A DNA stretch of 64,000 nt from Trichoplax sp. H2 (Eukaryota), in NCBI GenBank assembly GCA_003344405.1, contig NOWV01000024.1, forward strand, positions 124,001 to 188,000, read 5' to 3'. A program made the translations under genes and the position numbers. Below are positions 13,050 to 26,693 of this stretch, piece after piece; positions within the stretch are counted from its first letter, which is position 1, and each line of letters begins with the position of its first letter. The notes under the pieces are model-generated. The model ran no database searches. It saw nothing but the letters and a program-made list of their open reading frames with translations, and was not told where the DNA came from.

Positions 13050-15961
13050 TACAGCCTTATAAAGATTATGAAATTTTCGTAATTAAGAAATGGTTAGAAA
13101 ATGTGAAGCAAAGTAGTCTCTACTGTCAAATTCTTTCCTTGAACAATTATTAAAAATTTAAATATCTAGAATAGGTCTATAATAAGATAAACAATCTGTA
13201 GCTCCTTTCTTTATGATTGCAACATTCAATAATTATATTAACCTAAAAGAATTACTTTGTGAATGCACTAGCGGATGATTAGAATGTCAGAGATAACAGA
13301 TTTTATATGTAATAACTTAAGTTATAATCATCTTAATCTGTCACACATTAACATATCTCATCTATGCCCACTATAGCTTCTAGGGGAATAGAATTTGATT
13401 TATACGATTACCATATCAAGAGCTACAAATGCAATTAATTGAGTTTATAGTCATAAAGCTGAATTATGAAGCAGTCCATTTCTATTATGCGTGGCATAAC
13501 TACTTTGAACATCTTATGGCTAATTTAGAAACACTAATAGATACATGAGAGAAGCAGTTGAATCTGATTAATATCACAATTTGCAATTGATGTAAAACTA
13601 TCTTGGTCAATAACAACTATTTTCGATACTATTTTACAATGCTGTTATTATAGTATATTTTACGTGTATTATACAGCAACTTACAGATCTTATTCACTGT
13701 TAGAAGTTATTACAAAGATCAAATGCTTATATATTAAAGTCAGTTGATGGACAAAAAATGAAAATCATATTAACATTATGTGTAATACATTTCCTATCCA
13801 ATCAATAATTTCACATACTGCCAGCTAACAATATGAACGTCAATTCTTATGCTGATTTGAGTGTGATCAATTTTGGAAGCCCTATATTACTATGATATCA
13901 GAATCTTTCTTTAGTATATCATGCCGTACACAATATTTTATGATAGAAATAGTAGTTGCAGCTGTAGATAGGAATGCTACAATCAGTCTTTCAATACTTA
14001 ACCGCGCAGTTTCATATTGAGATATCAATAAAGTTAAAAATCTTTATCTAATTTTCTAATAGATATTAAGTGAATCAATCTGTGGCTTTATTAGAAATAC
14101 TATGCATGGAAAGATTCAACCAATATCAACGCTTTAGCTCAATTCTAATGAACAAAGAAATGCTGTTTATCTATTCAACTGAATTTATCATTTAGGATGT
14201 TTATCCAACACTATGATATCTACTCTTATTATTTTTTGCTTCCTTTCATGTGAAGGTTATGATGTGTTTTAAAAGATATTTCAGGAAATCAATTGTCATG
14301 TAGATTTGTAAATTATTATGAGGGATTTCTCAAATGACTTATGAATAAAATTTTTAACCTCTTGAAGAATTATTAGCTATATAAAGTGTAAGCTTTGATG
14401 CTACTTTCTAACTTGAATACTTTGGCTACGAAAACATATTACGTATAAGCCTATTTGGAAGCCAGAGGTGTTAATTAACGCTTCTTGCTGTATCGAAATA
14501 TTCATTTATAGGTAGTGATCTTGAATTGGCCATTAAAAGTTCATTTATATATGTTTCTTGATTATTATACTATTCCTGTGAGCGATCATTAGTAGATTGA
14601 TTTTTACGTGAATAAGAAATTGTGCAAGAAATGATTCAATATACCTTTCGATATTCAATATTTGTTAACATAAGAAATAAATGTCCGTATCTGGACTAAA
14701 TTAAACAAATAGCTATGAGAAATAACATCCTTTATGAGTTATTTTATGCAGAGATTTTGACGATTATGCCTAATGAAAATTTTTAATGATTATGATTTAA
14801 TTTCATACTGTGAGCCTTAATTCGCATATTATTAGCACAGAAAGCATTTATAAGGACAATAGCTAATAGGTACTTTTTGCATCATTTAAATCGTAGATAA
14901 TACTTTTCTTTTTTCATTACAATTGTAAATTTAATGACTGTTGCATGATAAAATGTTAGTCATTATGGGCGAGTAGATTTTCAAGCCAGTTGGAAATTAA
15001 GCACGGGTTTCGTGAATTGCTCAGTACAATTACTACTGTTATTAAGATATATAATTTTATAGTTGGTATTTAATTGTAATAGAAAGAACTCTTGAGGATC
15101 AAATAGCGATTTCGGCTACTGACACATAAAATCTTTATTAGTATATAAATTTTTTTTACTTTATTAAAACATCATTATAGCAGTCGTTAATAAACTATTT
15201 TGCGCTCCTACACGATAGAAAGAATTGCTATACATTGTTACCGGTATATTTCAAGATGTCTGCTACGATCTGTGTTGTACATAATGAAAAGCAATGGTAG
15301 GTTAAGCATATAGTGTAAATGGTTTTTGTTTATTAACTTAATTTCCACTGATCGATAAAAAACATAAGGAAGTTCTCGATTACTTACCAACTCTAAATAC
15401 CAGATTTAAATATGTCAATTCTGCCGGAAGTTTCTTTAAATCTGATGACTACTTCATGTAAAGGATCTTTATTATTATATTATAATTATAATAGTCATAT
15501 GGAGAAATTGGTCGAAATACGCATACGTTCTGCTCTAATTACTAGAATCTTCTCCGATGTAGATTATAAGGAAATGCAGTTACAACAATTGGAAGATCCC
15601 TGATTGTATTAACTAAAGATTTAAACAGCTGTGTCCAGCCGTATATTTCCATAAATTTGAAAGCAATTTACATTTAGAGATTATAATATGAATATTTATG
15701 TTGTCATCTTATTAGTTTAAGATTTAGAAATAACTGCCTCCGCTGAAAGTTTCCAAAAATATGAAAATGGTAATATTTTGTGAATTTTCGTTATAGTAGC
15801 GGACATGCAGTCTTTTTGTGTCAGGTTTAGAAATCTAATGAGCAGTTGGCAGTTAATTAAAGACAGTAGTTACTTTTTGAATGATCTTACCTTTTTGTAA
15901 TAAAAACTATAAGAAAGATATATTTATTAATGACTATAGAATAGATTGTAACGTAGCATGT

Positions 15962-16402
15962 TGTCACGGTACGAACTACCGTGAAGAAATAGCCATCTAA
16001 ATTTGGTTAATATAATATAGTGATAATATATTACAACTAGTTACTTACAGTAGGAATTACTCTAATTATAAATGTGTTACAGTAAATTTAATGCTCTGCT
16101 GTAATGTGTACTGAAATGATTCTGTGAATGGACATATTATAGTCCGACTGTGAAAAATTAGTTAGTAGATATTCTCACCTAAGTATTTTTACAAGATGAC
16201 TCGTGAATGTTAGCTGCTGTAGAAGGGGATATAAGCCCGCCAGATAGTTGAATAAAGCAGTTCTCGGTTATATAGTTGTTTTAACGTAGAATCAAAGGCG
16301 TCTAAATTCTTGTGAGGTAGTTAAGGGATACTGAATCCCAGAGACTATAGTAATTTAGAGATTTGTTTTACGTTATCCTTGTCACGAAGCTGGTTTGTGA
16401 CA
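15962..16402 (+). mobile_element. Solo LTR, 441 bp (sub-family B)
   Basis: TGTCAC...GTGACA termini; 5-bp TSD CATGT at 15957-15961 and 16403-16407; TATAA 16230-16234 then AATAAA 16251-16256; 3' end resembles that of the 18914-19544 element. Confidence 0.85.
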
Positions 16403-18913
16403 CATGTTCATAGAAACTTTGATGAGAGCTCGTATTATAGCTAAAATCACAGAATTTTAAGTCTATAAGAACTGCAAGTTTCTGTAAAAAATTTGAATAT
16501 GTAATAAATCAAACTAGAGTTTGAATTTATTTAACTAATGCCCTCTAGTATAGCAACTTATTTTTCATACAGAAAACTATAATTTATTATATTACGAGAA
16601 TGAAAATAATTGAATAAATCTTTGACTTTTAAAGTACAATTCCGTGATTGATCCAAATTAGTTGAATTTTTGCATTTATTGGAAATAATTTCCATCTTTA
16701 GGAATGGAAAATCAAACCTATAAAACTGTTTCCGATCCAAAAAACAAAAAAGCTATTTTAACATTGCAAACAATGGGAGAATATGAACAGATGCTAATTA
16801 GATAATAATAAACGGCAGTTTAAGCGAAAAAACCATTATTTATAATCTTGCAACATTAATGAAAGGAAACAAATATGAATTATAACATACTGAGCGAAAG
16901 AAATTTATTTTTCTTAAATTTATTTATTATAAGAAATATCAATAGTATTTTTCTTACGGGCTATAGATTCAATCGAGGTACATTCAAGTTTCATTGGCCA
17001 GGGAATATTGGTTAAAGAACCAAGCTTAATATAATGTCAAATAGAATAATAAGCTCGATAATAGTAGGCCATGCCAAAGTTATGATAAAGCCTGAAAGAC
17101 GGAAATAAATTGTGATACCCAACGGTTTAGAAAAAGTGTTTGATGTTATCCAATATACTCGTACGCCTATACAGAAATATTGACCATGATGCAGAAACTA
17201 TTCTATTCTTGTCTTCTAATTGATTATTTTTTGATGATGAATACTATTTAATGGAATTAAATCATAACTAGCTTAAAAACATTATTCTACTGGGATTGTA
17301 AGGAGTAAAATTATAAAATTCATTAATCTTCATTTAATTTCGCTTTTTGGAATAAATAGTCAGAAATAATTTCAATCGATTACATAAGAAAATATGGTAA
17401 ATCAATTGCAGAAAAGTAGTTTAGAAAATTCAGAAAATACTCCATTACTGTTGATAAAATGAATGCGCGGTTTTGATGCACTGCATACTTAATACTCAAT
17501 ACATAGCCAGAATAAAGGCTTCAATCATGGTTAATTAAAGCTGGGGTATTCATGATTTTTTCAGAGGTAACTTTGAAATAGATGTTAGATTAAAAGTATG
17601 ATTTCTATTTGATGGATTTCTCTGATAAGATAGAATAGAAAACTTACTTCAATTAGTAGCAGAAAGAAGTAATAATTTAAAGCATCCTATAATTATATTG
17701 AACTTTTTATCAATTGTGTAAACAGAAGCACTTATTATTGTAAATATTAATTATAAACCTTAATCCATAGCTATGACAAAGGTACTTTTAAAATTAAGAC
17801 TAATTTAGCGTTGTGGCTAAGAGAAGTGCTACTATGAAATATGTAAGTGCAAGTGGATTAAGGATATTATCTACGTTTTCAATGAATCAATTTCACTGTT
17901 AAAATTGTACATAAGATTAATTTTAATTAGCAAGTCAAGAAAAAGTCTTCTGATCAAGTATACAGGAAAAGTTATGTATACACAGTAGCTATTCTGTTGC
18001 CCCTGGTGGAAAAAAATTTAATATTTGGTATTCTATATAATATTGAATTTGATCTAAGCCCAGGATGAAAATATATTTCTAATACTGGTAAAGGAAATAC
18101 TGCTATAAAATACGATAATTTCACTTTAATAGAGTATAGACATCACGTCATAAGTGATTTGTGATTCTCTATTCTAAATCTCGGATGTACTATAGAAATT
18201 TAGACTACTTCATTGAAATCTGCTCTTAGTTCTGTCGTTACAAAAGATTAGTTTCCCTTACTGTAACGTTAGCCATAAGTTGACAGCCAAATTAAAAAGT
18301 TTGAGACTGGTATTTATTCTTCTTGCCTTAGTGTAGCGAAGAAATAGCAACATCAATGCATACTTCTAAAAATTCATGAAAATTAGATCAAGTGAGTTTA
18401 TTCAGATCAATTGTTGAGTATGAAATAAGTACCATGGATATTAGCATTCTTATTATATGGAATGCAGAAATATTAAATCTAAACTCTCTACAGGTAGGAA
18501 CTTTGACTAATTCCCTTCCTTTGATATCATGCATAGAATTTTTACAATTCATTTAGCGATAAATTAGGAACAGTTTATCTTCTCATTTGCAGCCCTAATA
18601 ATGCAGCAATGGTCATACAAATATTTTGAATCTGTTTAATTCAATTTCTGAATATCAGCCAGAAAATACATGAAGATTTTGCCTATCAGTATAGCTCAGA
18701 AGTAGTTATCTGTTTCAGCTAATACTGGTCTACACATTGATAGAATTTTACACGAGTAATTACATAAATTCTGATACGTTTCTTTATAGCATAGATGATC
18801 ATAGATTTGCACATTAGAAATATTAATGTTAGGGATGATTAAATTTCTGAATTTTTAAAGATCAGCCGTTATGTAGTACAAAGCACTAATTAATGAATAA
18901 TTATGGATATTGC

Positions 18914-19544
18914 TGTTACAGTGTTATATACTGTATTACAGTAGAAATATCTATGTTAGGATAATTCTATTAGACTATCCTTATTTAGTTAACTTCTGAT
19001 TTGGATATACTGTGTTTTAATATAGCACTGACTTTTTATGACAGTGACACTTATACACATACTGAAATTAATAGTTATAATAGGGAATGCAAATCATCTA
19101 CTTACAGTTCGAATCATTGTGATTGTAATTTACTTATGCTAGATTGTACATTATCATGGAAATGTTCCGTGATAGGACATATCGTAATCTGACTATTCTG
19201 TATTAGTCATTATATGTCTATGTTTGTAAATACTGTTGTCTGCATTAAGGGAGCAGTAGCTAAAATTAATATCTAATTCAGTAAATGATTCTAATGTTAA
19301 TTGTATTAACTATGACTCATGAACTATTGAGGAATAGTATATAAATGCAGTATATCGTGAAATAAAGAAGAATTGTCCAACTTAGTGTTTAACGTAAAAT
19401 ACGAGGCGTTTAAGTCTTTGTGTAGTCTGCTAGTAGAGCAAAAGTGTTTGTGATAGTGCAGATATCGTTCCTTGATACGTGGTTCAAGGAATTGACTTAT
19501 TGATCGTATATTGCGTTATCTTGTTGCAAAGCTGTTTTGTGACA
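18914..19544 (+). mobile_element. Solo LTR, 631 bp (sub-family B)
   Basis: TGTTAC...GTGACA termini; TSD ATTGC at 18909-18913 and 19545-19549; TATATAAA 19338-19345 and AATAAA 19361-19366. A second copy of its 5' end at 21200-21312 independently confirms the boundary. Confidence 0.88.
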
Positions 19545-20597
19545 ATTGCTTTCCTCTAATATAAAACTATATTGATGCAGAATAACATAATTAAAAAACT
19601 ATAATTTCCTTATTTTTCGAGCTAAAGAATGAATTTAAGAATTTCCTTCTAAGCTCTCGTCACTTAAGTTTTGATAATAAATGATATTCAAATCCTGTCT
19701 ATAAATTATTATTTCTGCCATTTGTTAAAGCATTCGTTTATTAAACTGATTGGAAATCTACTATTTCTATGGGAAATTTAAGTATCCATTAATATTTCCA
19801 TGGTTCCAAGTTAAACAAGCTATATATTAAGACGCAGTACCGTACAGCATAATCTCTAAAACCTTATTATCGAGGTTATTTTTATTCAAAATTATGGAAT
19901 TTCCTTATTTCAACAATTTAAAGAGCTTCCATCTATCCATATAGGGGACTACTCAATTCCGTCGGTGTTAACTTAGATATAACATAGTATCTAAATGTCA
20001 TCAATAAACTATGCGATATTTCCTTATCGAGATTGTTATTTTGTACCAGTATTATAATCTTGTGGGACGCACTTTACTGCTAAAGAAGCTTCCATCTATA
20101 TTTTAATCATTGTGATAATATAGTGCATGGACGTAACTAGTAAATCACGAAACAAACTCTTGTTTAGGCTATGAAACGCAATTACTCGAACTAGCGTGCC
20201 TATGCAAAATATTGTTTCCTAAATTTTATTTATTTTTTACGAAAGTATGACATAATAAATATCCTATTCTATAGAACTATTTTTTATATATAAAAGTGGA
20301 TGTAAATCAAGCGGACCGTAATGTACAGGATGCTGAATATCATTAATATAAACTTTTAATACTGATAGTTAGGGTATCATAAATTCCGGAACGATGATTA
20401 TAATGTTATTTTACTCAATATCAAAATGTAAAAATACTATCTATCACTTTTTGGTCTTGTTTACCGTCCTGTAAAAAGAGAGAATTGTAAATTAGAGCTT
20501 GTTTGATTTCAATTGCACGTCATCAATTAGAATATAAAATTAGTCATTCTATTTGATGCAGCCGGATATTTACATAAAAGCAAGTTAAATTGTAGAA

Positions 20598-21895
20598 TAA
20601 ACTATTTGCGCGTTTTACTATAAATTAGAATAACGCGCTATGTCAATAAGTATTCATCAGCCTCAAGTAGAATGCTTAGATATTGTATATGAAATGGCAA
20701 AATGTTAGCGACAATTAAGTATTGGATTAATTTCATTGAAAAATATTGAAAATTGATTAGCTTTCTATTTTTAATTATTGCCACAAGTTTAATTTAATAT
20801 CTTAACATAATCGTAATAATTTTCTGTGGAAAAGCAATTAGTTCAGAAACGTTATTTAAAATAAATAGAATTCAGCGTACCATCTAGATACATAATTTCT
20901 ACTGCTAGTGGTAATTATGGTATTGTAGATGAACACAATTCAATCCTTTCAAATATCAGAAAATAACTGTATGAGAGGTAGAGACAATTAGCTAATTTTA
21001 GCTTTAAATAAAGCAATTCAAGATATAACTACATTATATTGCAAATGACTTTTTCAATTAAAACTATAGTAAGGAAGCTTATAAATCGATTTTAGTTATA
21101 ATTAATTTTGAAATATTCTTAAGATTGAATCGTTTAATCTTTAACAATAATGTTAAACTTAAATCATTTCACCTTTAAANNNNNNNNNNNNNNNNNNNNG
21201 CTATATTAAAATACAGTATATCCAAATTAGAAGTTAACTAAATAAGGATAGTCTAATAGAATTATCCTAACATTGATATTTCTACTGTAATACAGTATAT
21301 AACACTGTAACAGTAAACTATTTGCGCGTTTTACTATAAATTAGATAAACGCGCTATGTCAATAAGTATCCATCAGCCTCAAGTAGAATGCTTAGATATT
21401 GTATATGAAATGGTAAAATGTTAGCGACAATTAAGTATTGGATTAATTTCATTGAAAAATATTGAAAATTGATTAGCTTTCTATTTTTAATTATTGCCAC
21501 AAGTTTAATTTAATATCTTAACATAATCGTAATAATTTTCTGTGGAAAAGCAATTAGTTCAGAAACGTTATTTAAAATAAATAGAATTCAGCGTACCATC
21601 TAGATACATAATTTCTACTGCTAGTGGTAATTATGGTATTGTAGATGAACACAATTCAATCCTTTCAAATATCAGAAACTAACTGTATGAGAGGTAGAGA
21701 CAATTAGCTAATTTTAGCTTTAAATAAAGCAATTCAAGATATAACTACATTATATTGCAAATGACTTTTTCAATTAAAACTATAGTAAGGAAGCTTATAA
21801 ATCGATTTTAGTTATAATTAATTTTGAAATATTCTTAAGATTGAATCGTTTAATCTTTAACAATAATGTTAAACTTAAATCATTTCACCTTTAAA
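20598..21895. other. Near-identical 582-bp duplication across a 20-N gap (probable two haplotypes)
   Basis: 20598-21179 matches 21314-21895 with about 5 substitutions; N run at 21180-21199. Confidence 0.9.
21200..21312 (-). mobile_element. Partial LTR copy (5' 113 bp of the 18914 family), truncated by the gap
   Basis: Reverse complement of 18914-19026 with 3 substitutions; ends at the LTR terminus (GTAACA at 21307-21312 on the + strand). Confidence 0.8.
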
Positions 21896-24447
21896 CGTGA
21901 GATAATTAAATAATAAAAATTTTAATCAGCATAATATTTAGTTCACTAATATTTCAGAAATTACAACTATGCACATTATTTATTGATTTATAGGATTTAA
22001 AATGCAAGTCGATATGAAATAACGATACAAATTTTAATGAATATTTAATGCAATTGATGACAGGAATATCTAAATTAGTGGTATTTCAAAAATGACAGTT
22101 ATTTACTAATTTGGCCGTAGTATTTGACTATGGAATAATAATGCAGAAAATCTCCGGTGTATTTGTTTTGTATTAGATGAAAAATATGTGGATTGACGAA
22201 ATCATCCATTATTGTAGATAGGTAATATTAATTTTAATACCGTTGCTTTTTGAGGTAACCCATCTGTTTCCCAATCTTAAAGTTCCACTTTCTTCCTGTA
22301 CTTAAAATGATTCATTCCATAGCTCTTCTGACCATGAACTCTAATGGAATTTTCTAGTATTATTAGCTAGTACAGAGGTATACTTTTCCAGCTAAAACAA
22401 TAAGGGATGACAGAAGGATAAAATATCATTGTTATCATTCTTTAAATCCTCACGTACGATATGCAAATAGAACTGGTAAATCATTAAATCAGAATTTCTG
22501 TATTATTATTTATTTTCTGGGTGGAGGAAGTTGATTAAAAAAATATATTTAGATTGTCAAAAATAACTGATAGACACTTAATGATAAATTGTATCCAAGC
22601 TATAACGTTATTCCTTATGGAGACTACTGTTTCATACAGATTGCATTCGCCATCAAATTACGTGATGCCTGAAGACACTAAATAGCTACCGCACTTAAAA
22701 ATTAATCTATTATCTCCATTCGATATTATATAAGAGAAATTATTGACGTAACATTGAGATAGAAAAATAAAATGCAAACTTTTAAAATAAGATATTATCT
22801 GCTTTTGACACTGTATATGTGAAGTAACCGTAGAATAGTTTTCTTATGCTCTCAACAATATATAATAAGTAATCTAAGAAAAAAGAAAGTTGAATCTTAA
22901 TCGTAGCACTTTATGCTTCCTTGCGTGATAGGATAGTTTTAAGCCTATATGTTTCATGTGCATAACGTAAAATAAAAATTAAGACAGTGAAATTCCATCA
23001 TAACTAAACATTCGATTACAAACATAAAACTTTTGGAGCGGTGAAATTAATGCTGAGGGATATTTTCACTCTACTGCAAACAACTAGATAGATAGTTAAG
23101 ATTGCCAAGTATTATCTGAATTTGAATTTTTCATCTATTTCTTATATATTGCGAGAAAATTATTGTAGAGGGCATCTTTAACAAGCTAAAATTGCATGAA
23201 AGATTATTAGGATAGCAAAGTATCCTCGATATTAGAAATCTATCATTGCCTTACTTTCCCGCAGGAAGGAAATCGCCCTGGAAGAGCATAGTTTTACAAA
23301 TATAATATGGGATGGATGGTAACTTAATCACGATTGTAAAACTTGGCGCTAGTTGAAAATTTTTCCATTACTCGCTTCTACAACGGTACTCGTATGAAGA
23401 AATATATTGCGCAAGATGCTGTCAAGCAGCCAAAGCCACGCAATATATTCTTGAGAGAGTAAAATTCTACGTAAGTTGAAAGTCAATCTAGTATATTTCA
23501 TATCTAATCCAGTATAAGAGGGATTATAACAGGCTTGAATTAATTCAAACCTAAATATCAGATCGTTAATCAAGAATTGAAAATTGTATCTAAATTCGAT
23601 ATCGCTTCATTATCAAGCATTTTGTATTCTGTGTAAAAAATTTACCACGGAAGATATCGTATGTATTCAAGTCAGTTTGATCGAGCAGTAGGCCTTTCGA
23701 AGGAAAAATCGTCTCAAAATGAAAAACTAATCCTTTATTATTCATTTCATCTATATAGGGAATTATATTGTAAGAACAAGTATAAACCATCAGAAATGAT
23801 GGGGATCATTGAGTAGTCATCAATTTCTAAATAGAAATCTTGCCTGTCAATATTAATCCTCATACGAAGGAAGTTTCTTACATGGCATCATTCAAGCCTT
23901 GTAAAAGCTACAATAGAAAATAAGGATAATTTAAAGTCATATCAAAACTGTTGATCTCTATTTATTCCTTACGTGCAGGAAACTGATTCAATAAAACACT
24001 TTCAAGCAGTCAGAAATTATAGATTGATAATTCATATAGTCCATACGTAACTTGAGAGCTTGCTAATTGATTATTATTCTTTCTGCATATGAAGGAAATT
24101 GTTAGGAATGGAATGAAATCAGGGAACCAGATATAGTTGATAGGTCATTAAATCTCAAGATCATATGCAAGTTAAAATTGATATGTGCTATCAACGGCCT
24201 GAGATCGCGTAAGAAAGAATTACATTAAAATTTGCTAATAACCTAAATTTCTCAATAGCCAATCTTGTCAACCTATTAATCGATGCTATTGGTTGACTTC
24301 AACGATGTTAATTAGAATTAAAAAACATAATATAAATAATTACAGATTCAACTGCTCCGATTTGGTACCCATACACACAGTATATATTATATTTTAAGTA
24401 GTAATTATGCTGAAAAGGTTTGTTTACCAATTGTGGTACCGGCAACG

Positions 24448-24713
24448 CTTTATTTTAGATGAAATTTCGCTTTTAATTCATTTTTTACGTAATATCGAAT
24501 TTACTACTCTTGAATTAAAACATCATTCATCTGCATTACTTTGTTTTCGATCGAATTTCATTTGTTAAATTCATTTTTTACAAAATACCGAATTTGCTCC
24601 TCTTGAATTAAAACATCATTTACCAGCATTACTTTATTTTAGAAGAAATTTCATTCGTTCGATTCTTTTTTTATAGAATCTCCGAATTTGCTACTCTTGA
24701 TTTAAAACATTAT
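24448..24713. repeat. About 3 diverged copies of a roughly 92-bp unit
   Basis: CTTTRTTTT...GAATTT(A/G)CT.CTCTTGA.TTAAAACAT recurs from about 24448, 24539 and 24632. Confidence 0.85.
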
Positions 24714-26693
24714 CTAAGAGATTAAAATGGAATCAAATGCTAGTTTCGGGCTTGACTTCTCCCCTATAAATGATATTGAGTTTGAATCTTTTTATTCAGT
24801 GCGACTGAAATAAATATCGTTGATTTTAGCTTATTAATTTCCATTCTATCTGATAATAGGAAAGTGTTTTTTCTATTAAAATTAAAACAGATGGAATTGA
24901 AGGATAGCACAGGGAGAGATTCTTAATGCCAATACAGTAGATAGCAGAGAGATAAAGTGAATCAATCTTGCATTTAATTAGAGATCAAGTTAACTTTGAC
25001 ACGAGGAAATAACTAATCATCCTGCTTGAAATCATGTGATCCGCACGTTACTAAGCTGATCTACTATTGTTTATTTGATAAAAATCAATCTAATTGAAAA
25101 ACGTTATCAAAGTTTTCTATGAATATTGATATCTTGCTTAGATAACATTGTATTATCAAGTGAAAATGAATAAAACAATTTTTTAATCTCTTGTTCTATC
25201 AAACAAGGCAAATGGTCCTAGATTGTGAACCTATTATTACTGGACGCATTTTAGAATGATTTGATAGGAATAGGCTGAAATTGTAAACAACGGGATCATA
25301 GCACAGTATTATAGTATACAGCTATCGTAATCATTTTCGATGGTAATGATAACGAGGTTTGATACTTCAATCAGGCGTCAATATTGGAAAGGAAAAGTGA
25401 AAAACTTAGCGATAATTATGTTGAAAGTATTAATAACTATAGTACAATGCTGTCCGGGTAATGGAATTAAATCGTTATGATGGTGGAATTACAGGAAATA
25501 AATGTTTGATAAGTTCAAAATTTACGGATTCATATTACAATTTCGAATTTTGGGATCGATGGAATGAACATCTAATTAAGCCTTTACATTCCGCGAATGT
25601 AACTTTTGTACTTTTATTAACAGATTAAATTGGTAATTCCAGATTCAATCAAAGCCGTTGTATATCGTTACATTTTTAGACTTTCATGACGGATAGAGTT
25701 CTAGATAATAGATTAAATCAACATTATTTGCATTTAGCTTGGACAGCATTTTCTGAATTTAGATGACAACCTTGGGTGACGGTTGAATAGATTGATTTAT
25801 AAATAAGCTAACGAACAATGTTCATGATTGGAAGAGAGTAAATTCCAGATTTCAAGTGATGAAGAGAGAAATTAGAGTCGATTATATTAGCTGACTAAGC
25901 AGTTGGTGTTTTCATATCCGTAGATTTAGAATAGATAAATAGAACAGCAGAGGCCAAGTAGTTTCGTTCTTCAAAGCAAGGACTACTGATGAAAGGAAAT
26001 AACGACTGTTGAATATCATGACAATTGTCATGATTCGGAATTAGTATACCAATTGATTGTTTATTGCTAAGGCTAGTTTGAGAATTGGCCGTGAATAAAT
26101 AAAATAAAGATCTGAAAGTTCCTTGTTGAATGTAATAATGTGAAACTTGCCCAATTTATTGGAAGTATAAAAGGCTTGAACTGTTGATTTACACCTGTTT
26201 TTTCCCCCTCCACTGTAACATCATAACAATAGCGATTATTGTCATGGCTAGCATAAAGAAGTTGATCAACTTCTCAAAAGCTAAGTTAAGTGATTGATTG
26301 AAGTTTAATCAAGCAGAACATGATGTAATAAATTGAATTATTCCATTTCCAAAGTATTAACTCATATGATCTTGATAAACAATTCAAAAGTACTAGATAA
26401 TAGCCATCAATTTGTTATAAATACTCAGTTGTGTAGGGGAAAAATTTCAACCTCTTCGAATGTTAGGCAAAAAAAATCCTGGATAACTAGAATTGGATTT
26501 CTAAAAAATTGCGGCTTAACCACGTTTGGTTCTTAGGTTATTGGTCTTGGTGATTCTATCTTCACTTTGTCTTTACTTTTCCCTTAGAGATTATCTTAAT
26601 TAACGGTATCGGCATTTCTAATTGGAAAACAAATCAAAGTCAATACGTTGTTTACTGTAGTCATTAACTTGTGATTATTTAGCATAGCAATTC

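Noticed and set aside
18913..20597. 1.7-kb inversion polymorphism explaining 21200-21313
   Set aside because: The inverted match stops at an LTR terminus that has its own intact TSD and is more diverged than the allelic flanks; a second LTR copy is simpler, though an inversion is not excluded.
20598..21895. Genuine tandem duplication
   Set aside because: Near-identical copies placed directly around a 20-N gap are typical of uncollapsed haplotypes.
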